Shown: one piece after another, positions 27,974 through 36,863 of the stretch | How positions within the stretch are numbered: the stretch's first letter is position 1 | Layout of the letters: each line of letters starts with the position of its first letter | Assembly (NCBI GenBank): GCA_903847095.1 | Contig: CAINCQ010000024.1 | Coordinates: forward strand, 126,618-190,617 | Length of the DNA: 64,000 bases | Reading direction: 5' to 3' | From: an uncultured bacterium | GTDB lineage: Bacteria; Patescibacteriota; Minisyncoccia; Minisyncoccales; UBA5738 | The notes under the pieces: generated by a model | The model's database searches: none | Told to the model about the DNA's origin: nothing | The model's input: only the letters and a program-made list of their open reading frames with translations | Translations under genes and position numbers: made by a program

Positions 27974-28335
27974 TATTTTTTGGAAAAAATCGAGTTTAGG
28001 GTAATATCAATACAAAATGCCTTGACTCGTGTTGGTGATTGACTCCGCCCGCCCTTTATCGGGTTTCGGCAAGACAAAATTGCCGAAACGGACCTTCGGC
28101 GGTGTAGCTCTGCTTCGGCGGACCAAAGGCGGCAAGCGAATATTTTTTGGAAAAAACTGCTGAAAACTAATTTGGAGTCGGCAGGGCAAACTTGCCTGTC
28201 CGCCTTTGGAGGAGAATTGTCCTGCCTTGGTTTCTGTTTTGCCCGCAGGAGGGGTCTGACGAGGAATTCGGGCGGTTTTTTTAACCTTTTCTTTTTTCGT
28301 TTCCGAATTGTGGGCCAGTGGAGCTGGTGCGCAAA
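27974..28335. repeat. Hairpin-rich non-coding element at the left edge of the stress islet
   Basis: 16-bp direct repeat TATTTTTTGGAAAAAA at 27974-27989 and 28141-28156; several GC-rich palindromes such as CCAAAGGCGG/CCGCCTTTGG. Confidence 0.4.
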
Positions 28336-28391
28336 ATAAAAAACCTAATCAAAAAATTGAAATGTAAATAATATACCAAGCAAGCTAAAAA

Positions 28392-28601
28392 TTATGCTTT
28401 ACGGCAAAGTTGTCCCAGGGCCACAGTAACATAAACAGCGCTCAAACCAACAAGCGCGTATACTCCGCGGGATAATGCCGACATATCGCCGAAAATTGTT
28501 GCGACAAGATCAAAATTAAATAGGCCTACCAACCCCCAATTTAATCCCCCCACAACAACAAGTACTAAGGCAACCCAGTCAAACACATTTAGATTTTTCA
28601 T
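28392..28601 (-). CDS. DUF378 family small membrane protein
   Basis: LVVVGGLNWGLVGLFNFDLVATIFG..YALVGLSAVY. Confidence 0.92.
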   Translation of the reverse strand: MKNLNVFDWVALVLVVVGGLNWGLVGLFNFDLVATIFGDMSALSRGVYALVGLSAVYVTVALGQLCRKA

Positions 28602-28753
28602 ATTTTTATTTCTTAAATTAATTTATCAATTTTTGACCTTATATCGACTTTATAAAGCCTTTTTTAATTATAAATTATTTTTTTATAATTATCTACGCTT
28701 GTAATTTTTCTGTTTCCTGATATCCCAAAAAAGTCGGGTATGCGCGCCATCTA

Positions 28754-29095
28754 TCAAATATCAATCCGGCATTCGCACGGCTTTCTGTTGAGAATTATTT
28801 TTTGATCGTTTATCGCGTTAATGAAAACTCGCTGACTGCCGGAACCGGTGGCGAATTTTTTATCAAGCGGGGTATGGTGTTTATACCCACGTCGAGAAAA
28901 CTCTTTTACCAATATCTCATGACGATTGTAGAGAGCTTTTTGTTTACCCGTCCAACGCAAGGTTTCCGGATGCCTTGAGTAGCCTCCTTTACTTTTGTGT
29001 TTAGTCAGAATATTCCAAAGTCCATGAAGTTCGCGATGTTCGGCAAGCAAGTGTTTTCGGCACAAATATTTTGGATGTATGTCCCAGATGCGCAT
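28754..29095 (-). CDS. Pyrimidine-dimer DNA glycosylase/endonuclease V family protein
   Basis: MRIWDIHPKYLCRKHLLAEHRE..GYSRHPE..RGYKH. Confidence 0.85.
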   Translation of the reverse strand: MRIWDIHPKYLCRKHLLAEHRELHGLWNILTKHKSKGGYSRHPETLRWTGKQKALYNRHEILVKEFSRRGYKHHTPLDKKFATGSGSQRVFINAINDQKIILNRKPCECRIDI

Positions 29096-29105
29096 CGGCG
29101 TTAAT

Positions 29106-29784
29106 TTATTTTTTATAAATAATTCTTCCCGTAAAAAATATAAACAACATTAAGCAAGCCATTACTGCGCTAATTACGCTTGTATTGCCCATCAAAACCA
29201 CCAACGGACAGGTGCTTGAGTATTATTCCCAAACGAGTGCCAAACATAGTCGCCAATGCCAAATCCGTTCCAGCCAATACTCACCCAAAATACCGCGAAA
29301 TTAGCAATGGCCGTCACCGTAATCCAGCCAAAGTAGACGCCAAAAGAGTAGAAACGAATATTTTTTCCCGCATCGTTATTTGTTCCACGCAAAGATTATC
29401 GGCAATCTTAATAAGGAGGATGAGGAGTACCGCCATAATCAGCACCGATGGGCCGATCAAATCGTAATGCTAGGCAAAGATCCGCGAGATATTGGAGAAG
29501 CGAAGTGCCGATAAAAAAATATTAACCTTCTTCAAAATATCTTCTTTCTTTTGATTGCTCTCTTTTTCAGATGATAAGAATTGATAGAGAAAATATCCGG
29601 CAAGCAGAAGGTAGATCAAGCCCCAAATGGAAAACGTCAGCCCAGCCGGCGCGAATAGATTGGAATAAGCGTTTATCGCGCCGGTTGACCGGTTATTGAT
29701 CGGCAAACCGTTGGCCAAAAAATTCACTACCACCACGGCGACATAAGCCAACCCGGCAATAATTTTGATAAGCACATTTTTCAT
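29106..29784 (-). pseudogene. Disrupted TspO-like (tryptophan-rich sensory) membrane protein
   Basis: NLFAPAGLTFSIWGLIY, then an in-frame TAG at 29470-29472 where Trp is expected (IFA*HYD); later motifs VYFGWITV and GIILKH..GGFDGQY lie in shifted frames. Confidence 0.75.
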
Positions 29785-29814
29785 ATTATTATTGGCTGGT
29801 TGTCTTATATAAGA

Positions 29815-30447
29815 TTAATTACTAATTTCCACCAACACTTCGCTACGGTTCATCCATGGCGGAGTCCAAGGAGCGTTGTATCCTGCGTATGCGGTGCTTC
29901 CTTGCACCATTACTCCGTCGCGAGCAAGAGTTGAGAGCAATTTTTTTTGCATTTTTTTCACCCGCGTATCTGAGTGATACCATGAGAATCGCAGTACTGC
30001 ATATTTCTTAGTAGGAATCATCACAATTTTCACTCTTGGATCATTTGGTGTTGGCAGTGTCTCCATAGTATAGGAGCGAGGCATACCAAAAGATATGATC
30101 TGTGAATTACCCTCGGATGTCGCCATTACGGGGGCGGTCATGGCAATACTTTCTGATGTTTTGTCGTTTTTTTGCGCGACGACCGGAGCAGTCATGGCGA
30201 TACTTTCTTTTTTTGTATTCCCTCCGAAAATATATCCAGCTACAATACTAAAACCTTTTTCCATCGATTTTTCATAAGAACCCTGCACGGTCGTCTGCGC
30301 CACGATATGCGCCGGATATTCCCGTATTTCATATCCATTCATTTTCTTTACCACGGTATAGTCAGCTTGCTCAACGCGAGAACCAAAGAATCCCCAAACA
30401 GACCAAAGCGCAGCAATGACGACGAGAACGATAAGTATATTAATCAT
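29815..30447 (-). CDS. SOUL family heme-binding protein
   Basis: YEIREYP, GYIFGGN, IAMTAPV (twice), YNAPWTPPWMNRSEV. Confidence 0.93.
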   Translation of the reverse strand: MINILIVLVVIAALWSVWGFFGSRVEQADYTVVKKMNGYEIREYPAHIVAQTTVQGSYEKSMEKGFSIVAGYIFGGNTKKESIAMTAPVVAQKNDKTSESIAMTAPVMATSEGNSQIISFGMPRSYTMETLPTPNDPRVKIVMIPTKKYAVLRFSWYHSDTRVKKMQKKLLSTLARDGVMVQGSTAYAGYNAPWTPPWMNRSEVLVEISN

Positions 30448-30461
30448 AGTTTTATGAATAA

Positions 30462-30947
30462 TTATAAATAGCTTTCAAACCATATCGCATGACAAGTGTA
30501 GCTACCTTTATTTTTTTGAAGATAATCTTGGTGATAATCTTCGGCTTTATAAAACACTTGGAGCGGTTCAAGCGTTGTTGCGACGGGGTCTTTCCACCGT
30601 TTGGATTTGTTTACGATCTGAATAAAATCTTCACCTTCTTTTTTCTCCTCTTCATTTCCATAAAAAATAGCGGATCGATAGGATGTTCCTCTATCATTTC
30701 CTTGCTGATTTAGAGTAGTTGGATTATGAATCTGAAAGAAAAAATCTAAGAGCTTTTTGTATGATGTTTTTGTCGGGTCATATTCAATTTCTACCGCCTC
30801 GGCGTGACCCGGGTGATTTTCGTAGGTCGGATTATCGTTTGCGCCGCCAGTGTAGCCGACTTCTGTGTTCAACACCCCAGGTTGATTTCTAATAAGAGAT
30901 TCAATCCCCCAGAAACAGCCTCCCGCAAGCACGATTTTCTTATTCAT
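30462..30947 (-). CDS. msrA: Peptide-methionine (S)-S-oxide reductase
   Basis: AGGCFWG, GHAEAV, QGNDRGTSYRSAIF, AEDYHQDYL. Confidence 0.97.
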   Translation of the reverse strand: MNKKIVLAGGCFWGIESLIRNQPGVLNTEVGYTGGANDNPTYENHPGHAEAVEIEYDPTKTSYKKLLDFFFQIHNPTTLNQQGNDRGTSYRSAIFYGNEEEKKEGEDFIQIVNKSKRWKDPVATTLEPLQVFYKAEDYHQDYLQKNKGSYTCHAIWFESYL

Positions 30948-30948
30948 A

Positions 30949-31344
30949 TTATTTATCATTGAAATCTTCAAAGCAGGCCGAATTCATACAGTACCTTTTT
31001 CCCGTTTTCGTCGGACCGTCATCGAACATATGACCAAGATGTGAATTGCAAACCGCGCAGACGGTCTCAATTCTCTTCATGTTCCCGGAGTTATCCTCTA
31101 TATTTTTTACCGCTCCGGGAAGTGTCTCGTCAAAGCTTGGCCAGCCGGTGCCCGAGTCAAACTTTGCTTCCGCCTTAAAGAGCGGATTGCCACAGGCGGC
31201 ACATTTGTAAAAGCCGTCTTTGTCAGGATGAATAAGCTTCCCGGAAAAAGCAGCTTCCGTGCCTTTTTGTCGAAGGACAGCATACTGCTCTGCTGTCAAC
31301 TTCCTCTTAAATTCTTCTTCGTTTTTTGGTATGCCAGAGTTCAT
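30949..31344 (-). CDS. msrB: Peptide-methionine (R)-S-oxide reductase
   Basis: KFDSGTGWPSF, HLGHMFDDGP, RYCMNS, two CxxC. Confidence 0.97.
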   Translation of the reverse strand: MNSGIPKNEEEFKRKLTAEQYAVLRQKGTEAAFSGKLIHPDKDGFYKCAACGNPLFKAEAKFDSGTGWPSFDETLPGAVKNIEDNSGNMKRIETVCAVCNSHLGHMFDDGPTKTGKRYCMNSACFEDFNDK

Positions 31345-31469
31345 TTATTTTCCTGTTTTTTTGATTATCGTCTTTGCATAACCTTTGACAATTCATTGCA
31401 GTCGTTTACCCACCCTCGTGCCAAGGGGTTATGTGAGCGGTTTCCATTTACGATTTCACAAAAGAAAAT

Positions 31470-31558
31470 TGGCGGAGGGGGCGGGAATCGAACCCACGGA
31501 CAGCTTTAAGACCGTCAGAGGTTAGCAACCTCTTGCAATGCCATTATGCGACCCCTCC
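31470..31558 (-). tRNA. tRNA-Ser(GCT)
   Basis: GGAGGGG acceptor; anticodon arm AGAGG-TTGCTAA-CCTCT; long variable arm; GTTCGATTC T-loop; GCCA end. Confidence 0.96.
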
Positions 31559-31711
31559 AAATAGTTAAAAAATGCAAATGGATATTCCAATATTAGCGTT
31601 AAACCGGTCTTGGGTCAATGATTTTTTCCATTTATCGAAACGAGACCGGTACTGGTATTTGCTTGACATTTTAATTAAACGATGATATAAAATAAACGGT
31701 GGAATACATCC

Positions 31712-31993
31712 ATGATATCGGGAAAAGATGGGAATCGCTATGATTTTAAGATAATCAAAAAAGCGAGCTTGAAAGACGGAAAATTAGTGATCATTGTGAA
31801 CGGCCTTGAAGGCGTTTCGGAGATTCGGCTAAACGAACCGAGCAAAAAGGATATAGAAAAGTTTATGGCCGGAAAACCGATCATCGTAATTACGAGAGGG
31901 CTCTTTGAGGTCGTTGGCTTAGTGGAAGTGCTGATGGGGCACACAAGATTAGATTATTCGTGCGAAGGAATTAAGATAGAGCCCGTTGATTGA
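31712..31993 (+). CDS. Hypothetical protein (ORFan)
   Basis: TTGACA-17nt-TATAAA at 31663-31691; terminator at 32013-32040. Confidence 0.6.
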   Translation: MISGKDGNRYDFKIIKKASLKDGKLVIIVNGLEGVSEIRLNEPSKKDIEKFMAGKPIIVITRGLFEVVGLVEVLMGHTRLDYSCEGIKIEPVD

Positions 31994-32175
31994 ATCTTGG
32001 ATTGAAGCTTTGACCTGCCTTTAGGCGGGTTTTCTTTTTTCTTTTTGACTTTTTGTGAAAAAATGCTATAATCTATAGCATAAACCCGAAGAAAGACGTA
32101 TTATATTGTTGAGTTTTAGGGTAAGAAAATAGGGACGAAAAGGAGGAATGCGATACGAAAATAGGAGTAAGCGCT

Positions 32176-33000
32176 ATGGTGGGCATTCCTGCCTACCGGG
32201 ATAGATACCTGTTGTTCCTGGGTGTTTCCAGGGCTTCCCTCGCGAACCTGGGCTATACCCAAAAAACCGCGAAGAATTACGGTTTAAAGTGGGTGGAACT
32301 GGCGTTCCCCTGGCCTTATGGGAGTGTTGCGGACTTTGACCAGCTTGTTGACCGCAAAGTGGACGAGATGATGGCAAAATTAAACATCACCGTCCATCTG
32401 CCCATGGCCCCCATTTATACCGACGAGGGGTTCGCCGAAATCTTGGCTGGATTGGAGTACGCCAGGATTCACGATGCCAAGCAGGTCGTGGTCCATTGCG
32501 CGGATTACGAGCGGGGTTGGTTTGGGAGAAAAATCGCTTCCAAGCTGAGCCCGGCGGAAATCCGGGAAAGATCTTTAGCCAATCTGGAAAAGATCATTCT
32601 TGATCCCCGATATGCCGATATGACGATCGGGATCGAGAATATGGCCGGAGACGATGTGCCGGAATTCGCCAAAACTCCGGAAGGATTCGCCCGTCTTTTC
32701 CGGAAGGACGCGAACAGGATAGTCGGTTGGTGCCTGGATATCGCCCACGCGGTGAACGCCGGGATCGATATCCTGGCGATGCTTGAGAAATACGGCGAGT
32801 ATCTGGTGGAGGTTCATCTGGCCGACACCAAGATCATCGAGGGACCGGACAAGCACTGTGCTCTCGGAGAGGGAAAGGCAAAGCTTTTAATCATCCTTGC
32901 GGCAGTGAAGAAGTTCGATGTTCCCGTCATCATTGAGGTGGGCAAGAAAGAATTTGCCCCAAGCCACAAATGGTTGACGGAGAACATCGAAAAAATTTAA
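32176..33000 (+). CDS. Sugar-phosphate isomerase/epimerase (AP endonuclease 2 TIM-barrel) family protein
   Basis: TVHLP, VVVH, IGIENM, CLDIAHA, EVHLAD, HCALGEG, IIE metal ligands. Confidence 0.85.
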   Translation: MVGIPAYRDRYLLFLGVSRASLANLGYTQKTAKNYGLKWVELAFPWPYGSVADFDQLVDRKVDEMMAKLNITVHLPMAPIYTDEGFAEILAGLEYARIHDAKQVVVHCADYERGWFGRKIASKLSPAEIRERSLANLEKIILDPRYADMTIGIENMAGDDVPEFAKTPEGFARLFRKDANRIVGWCLDIAHAVNAGIDILAMLEKYGEYLVEVHLADTKIIEGPDKHCALGEGKAKLLIILAAVKKFDVPVIIEVGKKEFAPSHKWLTENIEKI

Positions 33001-33124
33001 AAGACCTCGCGGAAAAACCGCGAGCTTTTTTCTTGACGTCTTTCAATGGAAGTACTTTAATTGCTTTAAAGGTGCCTGGCTGTTCGCCGGGGTGATTTGC
33101 GCGCAACGGATAATAACTATTCTC

Positions 33125-33775
33125 ATGATTAAACTAGTGGTAATTGATTTTGACGATACTCTTACCATGTCCGAGGAGGCTTGTTTTGCGATCGAAAATC
33201 GGATCGTGGAATTGATGGGGTATTCGGCTATGACGAGAGCGGTTCACCGGGGCAATTGGGGGAAGCCGATCAGGGAGGCGATTGTCGAGAGAATTCCGGG
33301 AATCAACGCGGAAAAATTCATGGAGTTGCACCGGGAACTCTGGCCCGGTTTTGTGAAAGCCGGGAATATGGATGTAGCCGATAAAAACATAGAAACATTG
33401 AAATTACTTAAGGACCGCGGTAAAGACTTAGCTATTTTAACGGCTCGTAGTTTGTATACGATTAAGCCCTTATTGGATGAAAACCAGCGCATCGGCAAAT
33501 GGATCGAAAAAATTTACCATCTCGACAATTCGAAGTATCCAAAACCGGACCCAAGGGCTTTCGATCAAATACTTAAAGATTTTGGAGTTAATCCGCAAGA
33601 AACGGTTTATGTCGGCGATTCCATATCAGACGGGATATGCGCCAAAGGAGCGGGGCTTAATTTTATCGCTTCACTCGAAAGCGGTTTAAGAACAAAAAAC
33701 GATTTTGAATCGGTCGCGGTGGATTTTTTTGCCGATACTTTTTCCGACATTCTTGATTATTTTACAGAATACTGA
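33125..33775 (+). CDS. HAD family hydrolase
   Basis: DFDDTL, KPDP, YVGDSISD. Confidence 0.92.
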   Translation: MIKLVVIDFDDTLTMSEEACFAIENRIVELMGYSAMTRAVHRGNWGKPIREAIVERIPGINAEKFMELHRELWPGFVKAGNMDVADKNIETLKLLKDRGKDLAILTARSLYTIKPLLDENQRIGKWIEKIYHLDNSKYPKPDPRAFDQILKDFGVNPQETVYVGDSISDGICAKGAGLNFIASLESGLRTKNDFESVAVDFFADTFSDILDYFTEY

Positions 33776-33894
33776 TTATTATCGAATAAGGAAAAATCAA
33801 TAATTTAGCGCTGCTTTGAATAACAAAAAGCCTTATCGCGCGATAAGACCCTTTGTTACTCATTTTATCCTATAAAATAAAACCATTTTGACAA

Positions 33895-34443
33895 TTAGTT
33901 GACGGTGGGAGCTAAAGCCGATCCGGATTTTTGACCTTTGCAGCCAAAACGGCCAAGGGAGATCGAGGTCGCGGTAACGTTGGTACCGCTGGTTGTTCCC
34001 TGCACGAATATTTTGTCGCCAACTTTAAGAGCCGAGAGATCGGCGGCAGCGCCGTTATTGGTTATCGTGGCGTTGCCGGCATTCACGGTATAGATAGCGC
34101 CGCCTTCATCGGCCTCTTCTTGCATGGTAATGGTTGTGCCATCAATAGCTGTGACAGCGCCATCGCCGCCGAGCGGGGCATGGCTTTTGGTTTTAGCATC
34201 AGGCGTTGTCGCTGTTCCGGTTGTTGCGCCAGCCGCAGTGTCCGTATCGCCGGTTTGTGATATAACAGCTGCTGTCGGGTTTGCGGTCGTCACGGACCCG
34301 GCAGTGGCGTCCGCAGCATGGGTTTGTATGGCTATGGCTCCCGCTATTCCGCTGATAAGCCCTAAACCAACCAACAACATTGCGTTTTGTTTTATGTTCT
34401 GCATATTTTTTTCGTTAATTTTTTTATTTGATCTTATTTCCAA
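33895..34443 (-). CDS. Secreted or membrane-anchored Thr/Ala-rich protein with a DUF5666-like OB domain
   Basis: Hydrophobic N-terminus; GAVTAIDGTTITM..LSALKVGDKIFVQG; start codon uncertain. Confidence 0.65.
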   Translation of the reverse strand: MEIRSNKKINEKNMQNIKQNAMLLVGLGLISGIAGAIAIQTHAADATAGSVTTANPTAAVISQTGDTDTAAGATTGTATTPDAKTKSHAPLGGDGAVTAIDGTTITMQEEADEGGAIYTVNAGNATITNNGAAADLSALKVGDKIFVQGTTSGTNVTATSISLGRFGCKGQKSGSALAPTVN

Positions 34444-34710
34444 GCCGACCTTATGTTTTGGATACCTATTACTACAAGCCCAATATTCAAAAATTTCAGT
34501 TTATGGTCAAATGGTTTCCCGAAAAGGCGGCAAACAGAGGCAACTTCCGTTTGCATCGGGGTATAAAAAAATTATTTCCGGTGAGGAAATAATTCTATTG
34601 ACCGATCTGAAAAATTCTTGGTATTCGACCGGGCCGTTGGTGGCGATTGTCAACCGCACACCGGGTTTTGATGGCGGCCGGGACGAGCGCATCCCATGCG
34701 CAATGGGGTT

Positions 34711-36201
34711 TTATTCTATCATTAATTCGACTTTTTGTTGTTGGTGTCCGGTTTTGATCCAGAGGGCGGTGATAGCGCCGACGAGCAAAAAGATCGCGGC
34801 AGTGGTATAAACGGCGCCGTAAGCGGCGACTTGGGCTTTTAATTCCATAAGAGCTATCGCTTGGCCGTAGCCAGCTTTGTCGATAATGTTTACGGTGCTG
34901 TAGCGGGTAATCGCCATTAGTTTATTTTCGGTTCCGTTGCTAAGGATGGTGGTGAACAAGGCTATGCCGAAAGCGCCGGCAATATTGCGTACCAAAGCCA
35001 AAATCGAAGAAGCGATGCCGATTTCTTGTATGGGAACCGCGGAAGCGATGACGTTCGTCCGTTGCGCCATTCCAAAGCCCATGCCAAAAGCCATGACCAT
35101 CAAAGGTATTATGATGTCTAGCGCCGTTGACCTTGGGTCCAAAAAAGAGAACATATAAATTCCGATCGCGGCGACCAGGGTGCTTAAAGCGATAACATAA
35201 CGCGGTTGGATTTTGCCGGTAAGCGAAGCGCCAAGCGGAGCCGCCGCAAGCATCATAACCGCCATAGGGATGAAAAGATAACCGGTTTGCGTCGCGCCGT
35301 ATCCGAGAAAGGTGGAGGCAAAAATAGGAATGAGCAAAATTCCGCCCATCATGGCCATAAAAACGACGAAGTTATTAAGCAGGGTATTCACGAAAACCAT
35401 ATTCTTAAAAAATTTAAAATCAACTATGGGGTCCGGATGTTTTTTTTCGATGAAATAAAAGAAAATCGAAAATATGACCGTAGCGGCGTAGCACAGCAGG
35501 CTGTTGTCGGAGCTCCATCCCCATTCATATCCTTTATCCAGTACCAGTACCAACGATGAGAGCGCGAAGCCCAGCATGACCGCGCCCCAGACGTCAAAGT
35601 TCACTGTTTTCTTTTCCGATGTCGATTCCTTGATGAATTTCCAGGCCATAAAAAGGCCGATTAAGCCGATGGGCAAATTTATCAAAAAAATGGAACGCCA
35701 GCCAAAATTGTCTATCAGCGGCCCGCCGATAAGAGGTCCGAAAACCGCGGCGGCGGCGAACGCCGAGGACCAGATTCCCATTGCTTGGGCGCGTCTTTTC
35801 CCGTGCGGGAAGGTTAGGGCAAGAATGGCCATTGCCGACGGATAATCCGCGGAAACCGCGATTGCCTGGATTATCCTGAATACGATCATTGAGGGAAAAT
35901 TCCATGATAATCCGGCCAAAACCGATCCGACGATAAAGATGATAAAACCAGCCAGGTACACTTTTTTGCGTCCGATCGTATCTCCCAGCTTTCCCCAGAT
36001 AGGCACAAATACCGCGTTGGCCAGAATATACGCGGTAGCGATCCAGCCCGCGGTTGATACCGTAAGGGAAAAATCATTTATCATTTTTGGCAGTGCCAGA
36101 TTGACGATCGTTGAATCAAGACGGCCTAAAAATGTCCCGATAATGACGGTTAAAAGCACCAGCCACGAACCTCCGTCGTTTTTTACGATATTATTGGTCA
36201 T
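34711..36201 (-). CDS. DHA2 (EmrB/QacA) family MFS efflux transporter
   Basis: LDSTIVNLALP, GKLGDTIGRKK, GPLIGG, WRSIFLINLPIG. Confidence 0.95.
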   Translation of the reverse strand: MTNNIVKNDGGSWLVLLTVIIGTFLGRLDSTIVNLALPKMINDFSLTVSTAGWIATAYILANAVFVPIWGKLGDTIGRKKVYLAGFIIFIVGSVLAGLSWNFPSMIVFRIIQAIAVSADYPSAMAILALTFPHGKRRAQAMGIWSSAFAAAAVFGPLIGGPLIDNFGWRSIFLINLPIGLIGLFMAWKFIKESTSEKKTVNFDVWGAVMLGFALSSLVLVLDKGYEWGWSSDNSLLCYAATVIFSIFFYFIEKKHPDPIVDFKFFKNMVFVNTLLNNFVVFMAMMGGILLIPIFASTFLGYGATQTGYLFIPMAVMMLAAAPLGASLTGKIQPRYVIALSTLVAAIGIYMFSFLDPRSTALDIIIPLMVMAFGMGFGMAQRTNVIASAVPIQEIGIASSILALVRNIAGAFGIALFTTILSNGTENKLMAITRYSTVNIIDKAGYGQAIALMELKAQVAAYGAVYTTAAIFLLVGAITALWIKTGHQQQKVELMIE

Positions 36202-36862
36202 TGGTATATATCCAGACTTTGGCTGACATACCATTTTTCAATTCGGGATAGATGCCGATATTGAAGCGTATCTTAACGTCGAACTGCGCGGTTTTTCTCT
36301 TGTCGGAAATATTGAACACGATATCTTGAGCGCGGGAAGTGGAACTTACTTCGTCAACCACTCCGCTATATCTTTTTGGTCCGAAGGCGTCGACCGTAAA
36401 TTCGACTCTTTGTCCCGCTTGGATGTTTTTCAATCCTTTGTTTTCGTCTATTTGAGCGATGATACGCAACTCGTCCGGGTTAATTATCGTTACTACGCTT
36501 TCGCCGGCATTAATTATTTTACCGGTATCTTCCGTAGTAGCCACGACCAGTCCCGAAGTTTTTGTTTTTATCAATTGATTGCCTACGCGCGCCACTACCT
36601 CGTTCGAAGCGATAATGTCGCCTTCTTGGACGAAAACTTTTTCCAGGGTTCCGGGATTTGACGGTGCCAAGATAATTTCGGGAGCGAAAACTTGCGCTTT
36701 GTCGGTATATATTCTGTCTTTTGTAACCAGCCAATAGCCATATACCGATACAGCCGCTACGATGGCGAAAAAGGCCAGTCCAAAAAATACGAACGGTTTT
36801 CGTTTTGCTTTATCCGGAATTTGGTTGGTCTGATTTGTTGTTGATTCTTGGGTTGTTTCCAT
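36191..36862 (-). CDS. EmrA/HlyD-like membrane fusion protein, short form without the long hairpin
   Basis: TM anchor, lipoyl-like half motifs, GQRVEFTVDAF, LKNGMSAKVWI. Confidence 0.85.
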   Translation of the reverse strand: METTQESTTNQTNQIPDKAKRKPFVFFGLAFFAIVAAVSVYGYWLVTKDRIYTDKAQVFAPEIILAPSNPGTLEKVFVQEGDIIASNEVVARVGNQLIKTKTSGLVVATTEDTGKIINAGESVVTIINPDELRIIAQIDENKGLKNIQAGQRVEFTVDAFGPKRYSGVVDEVSSTSRAQDIVFNISDKRKTAQFDVKIRFNIGIYPELKNGMSAKVWIYTNDQ

Positions 36863-36863
36863 T

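Noticed and set aside
27950-31470. Intact prophage or integrative element at tRNA-Ser
   Set aside because: No integrase, no phage genes and no duplicated tRNA 3' end found; reported only as an islet
34124-34810. 228-aa plus-strand ORF
   Set aside because: Overlaps two minus-strand genes in antisense and crosses an intergenic gap; no motif support
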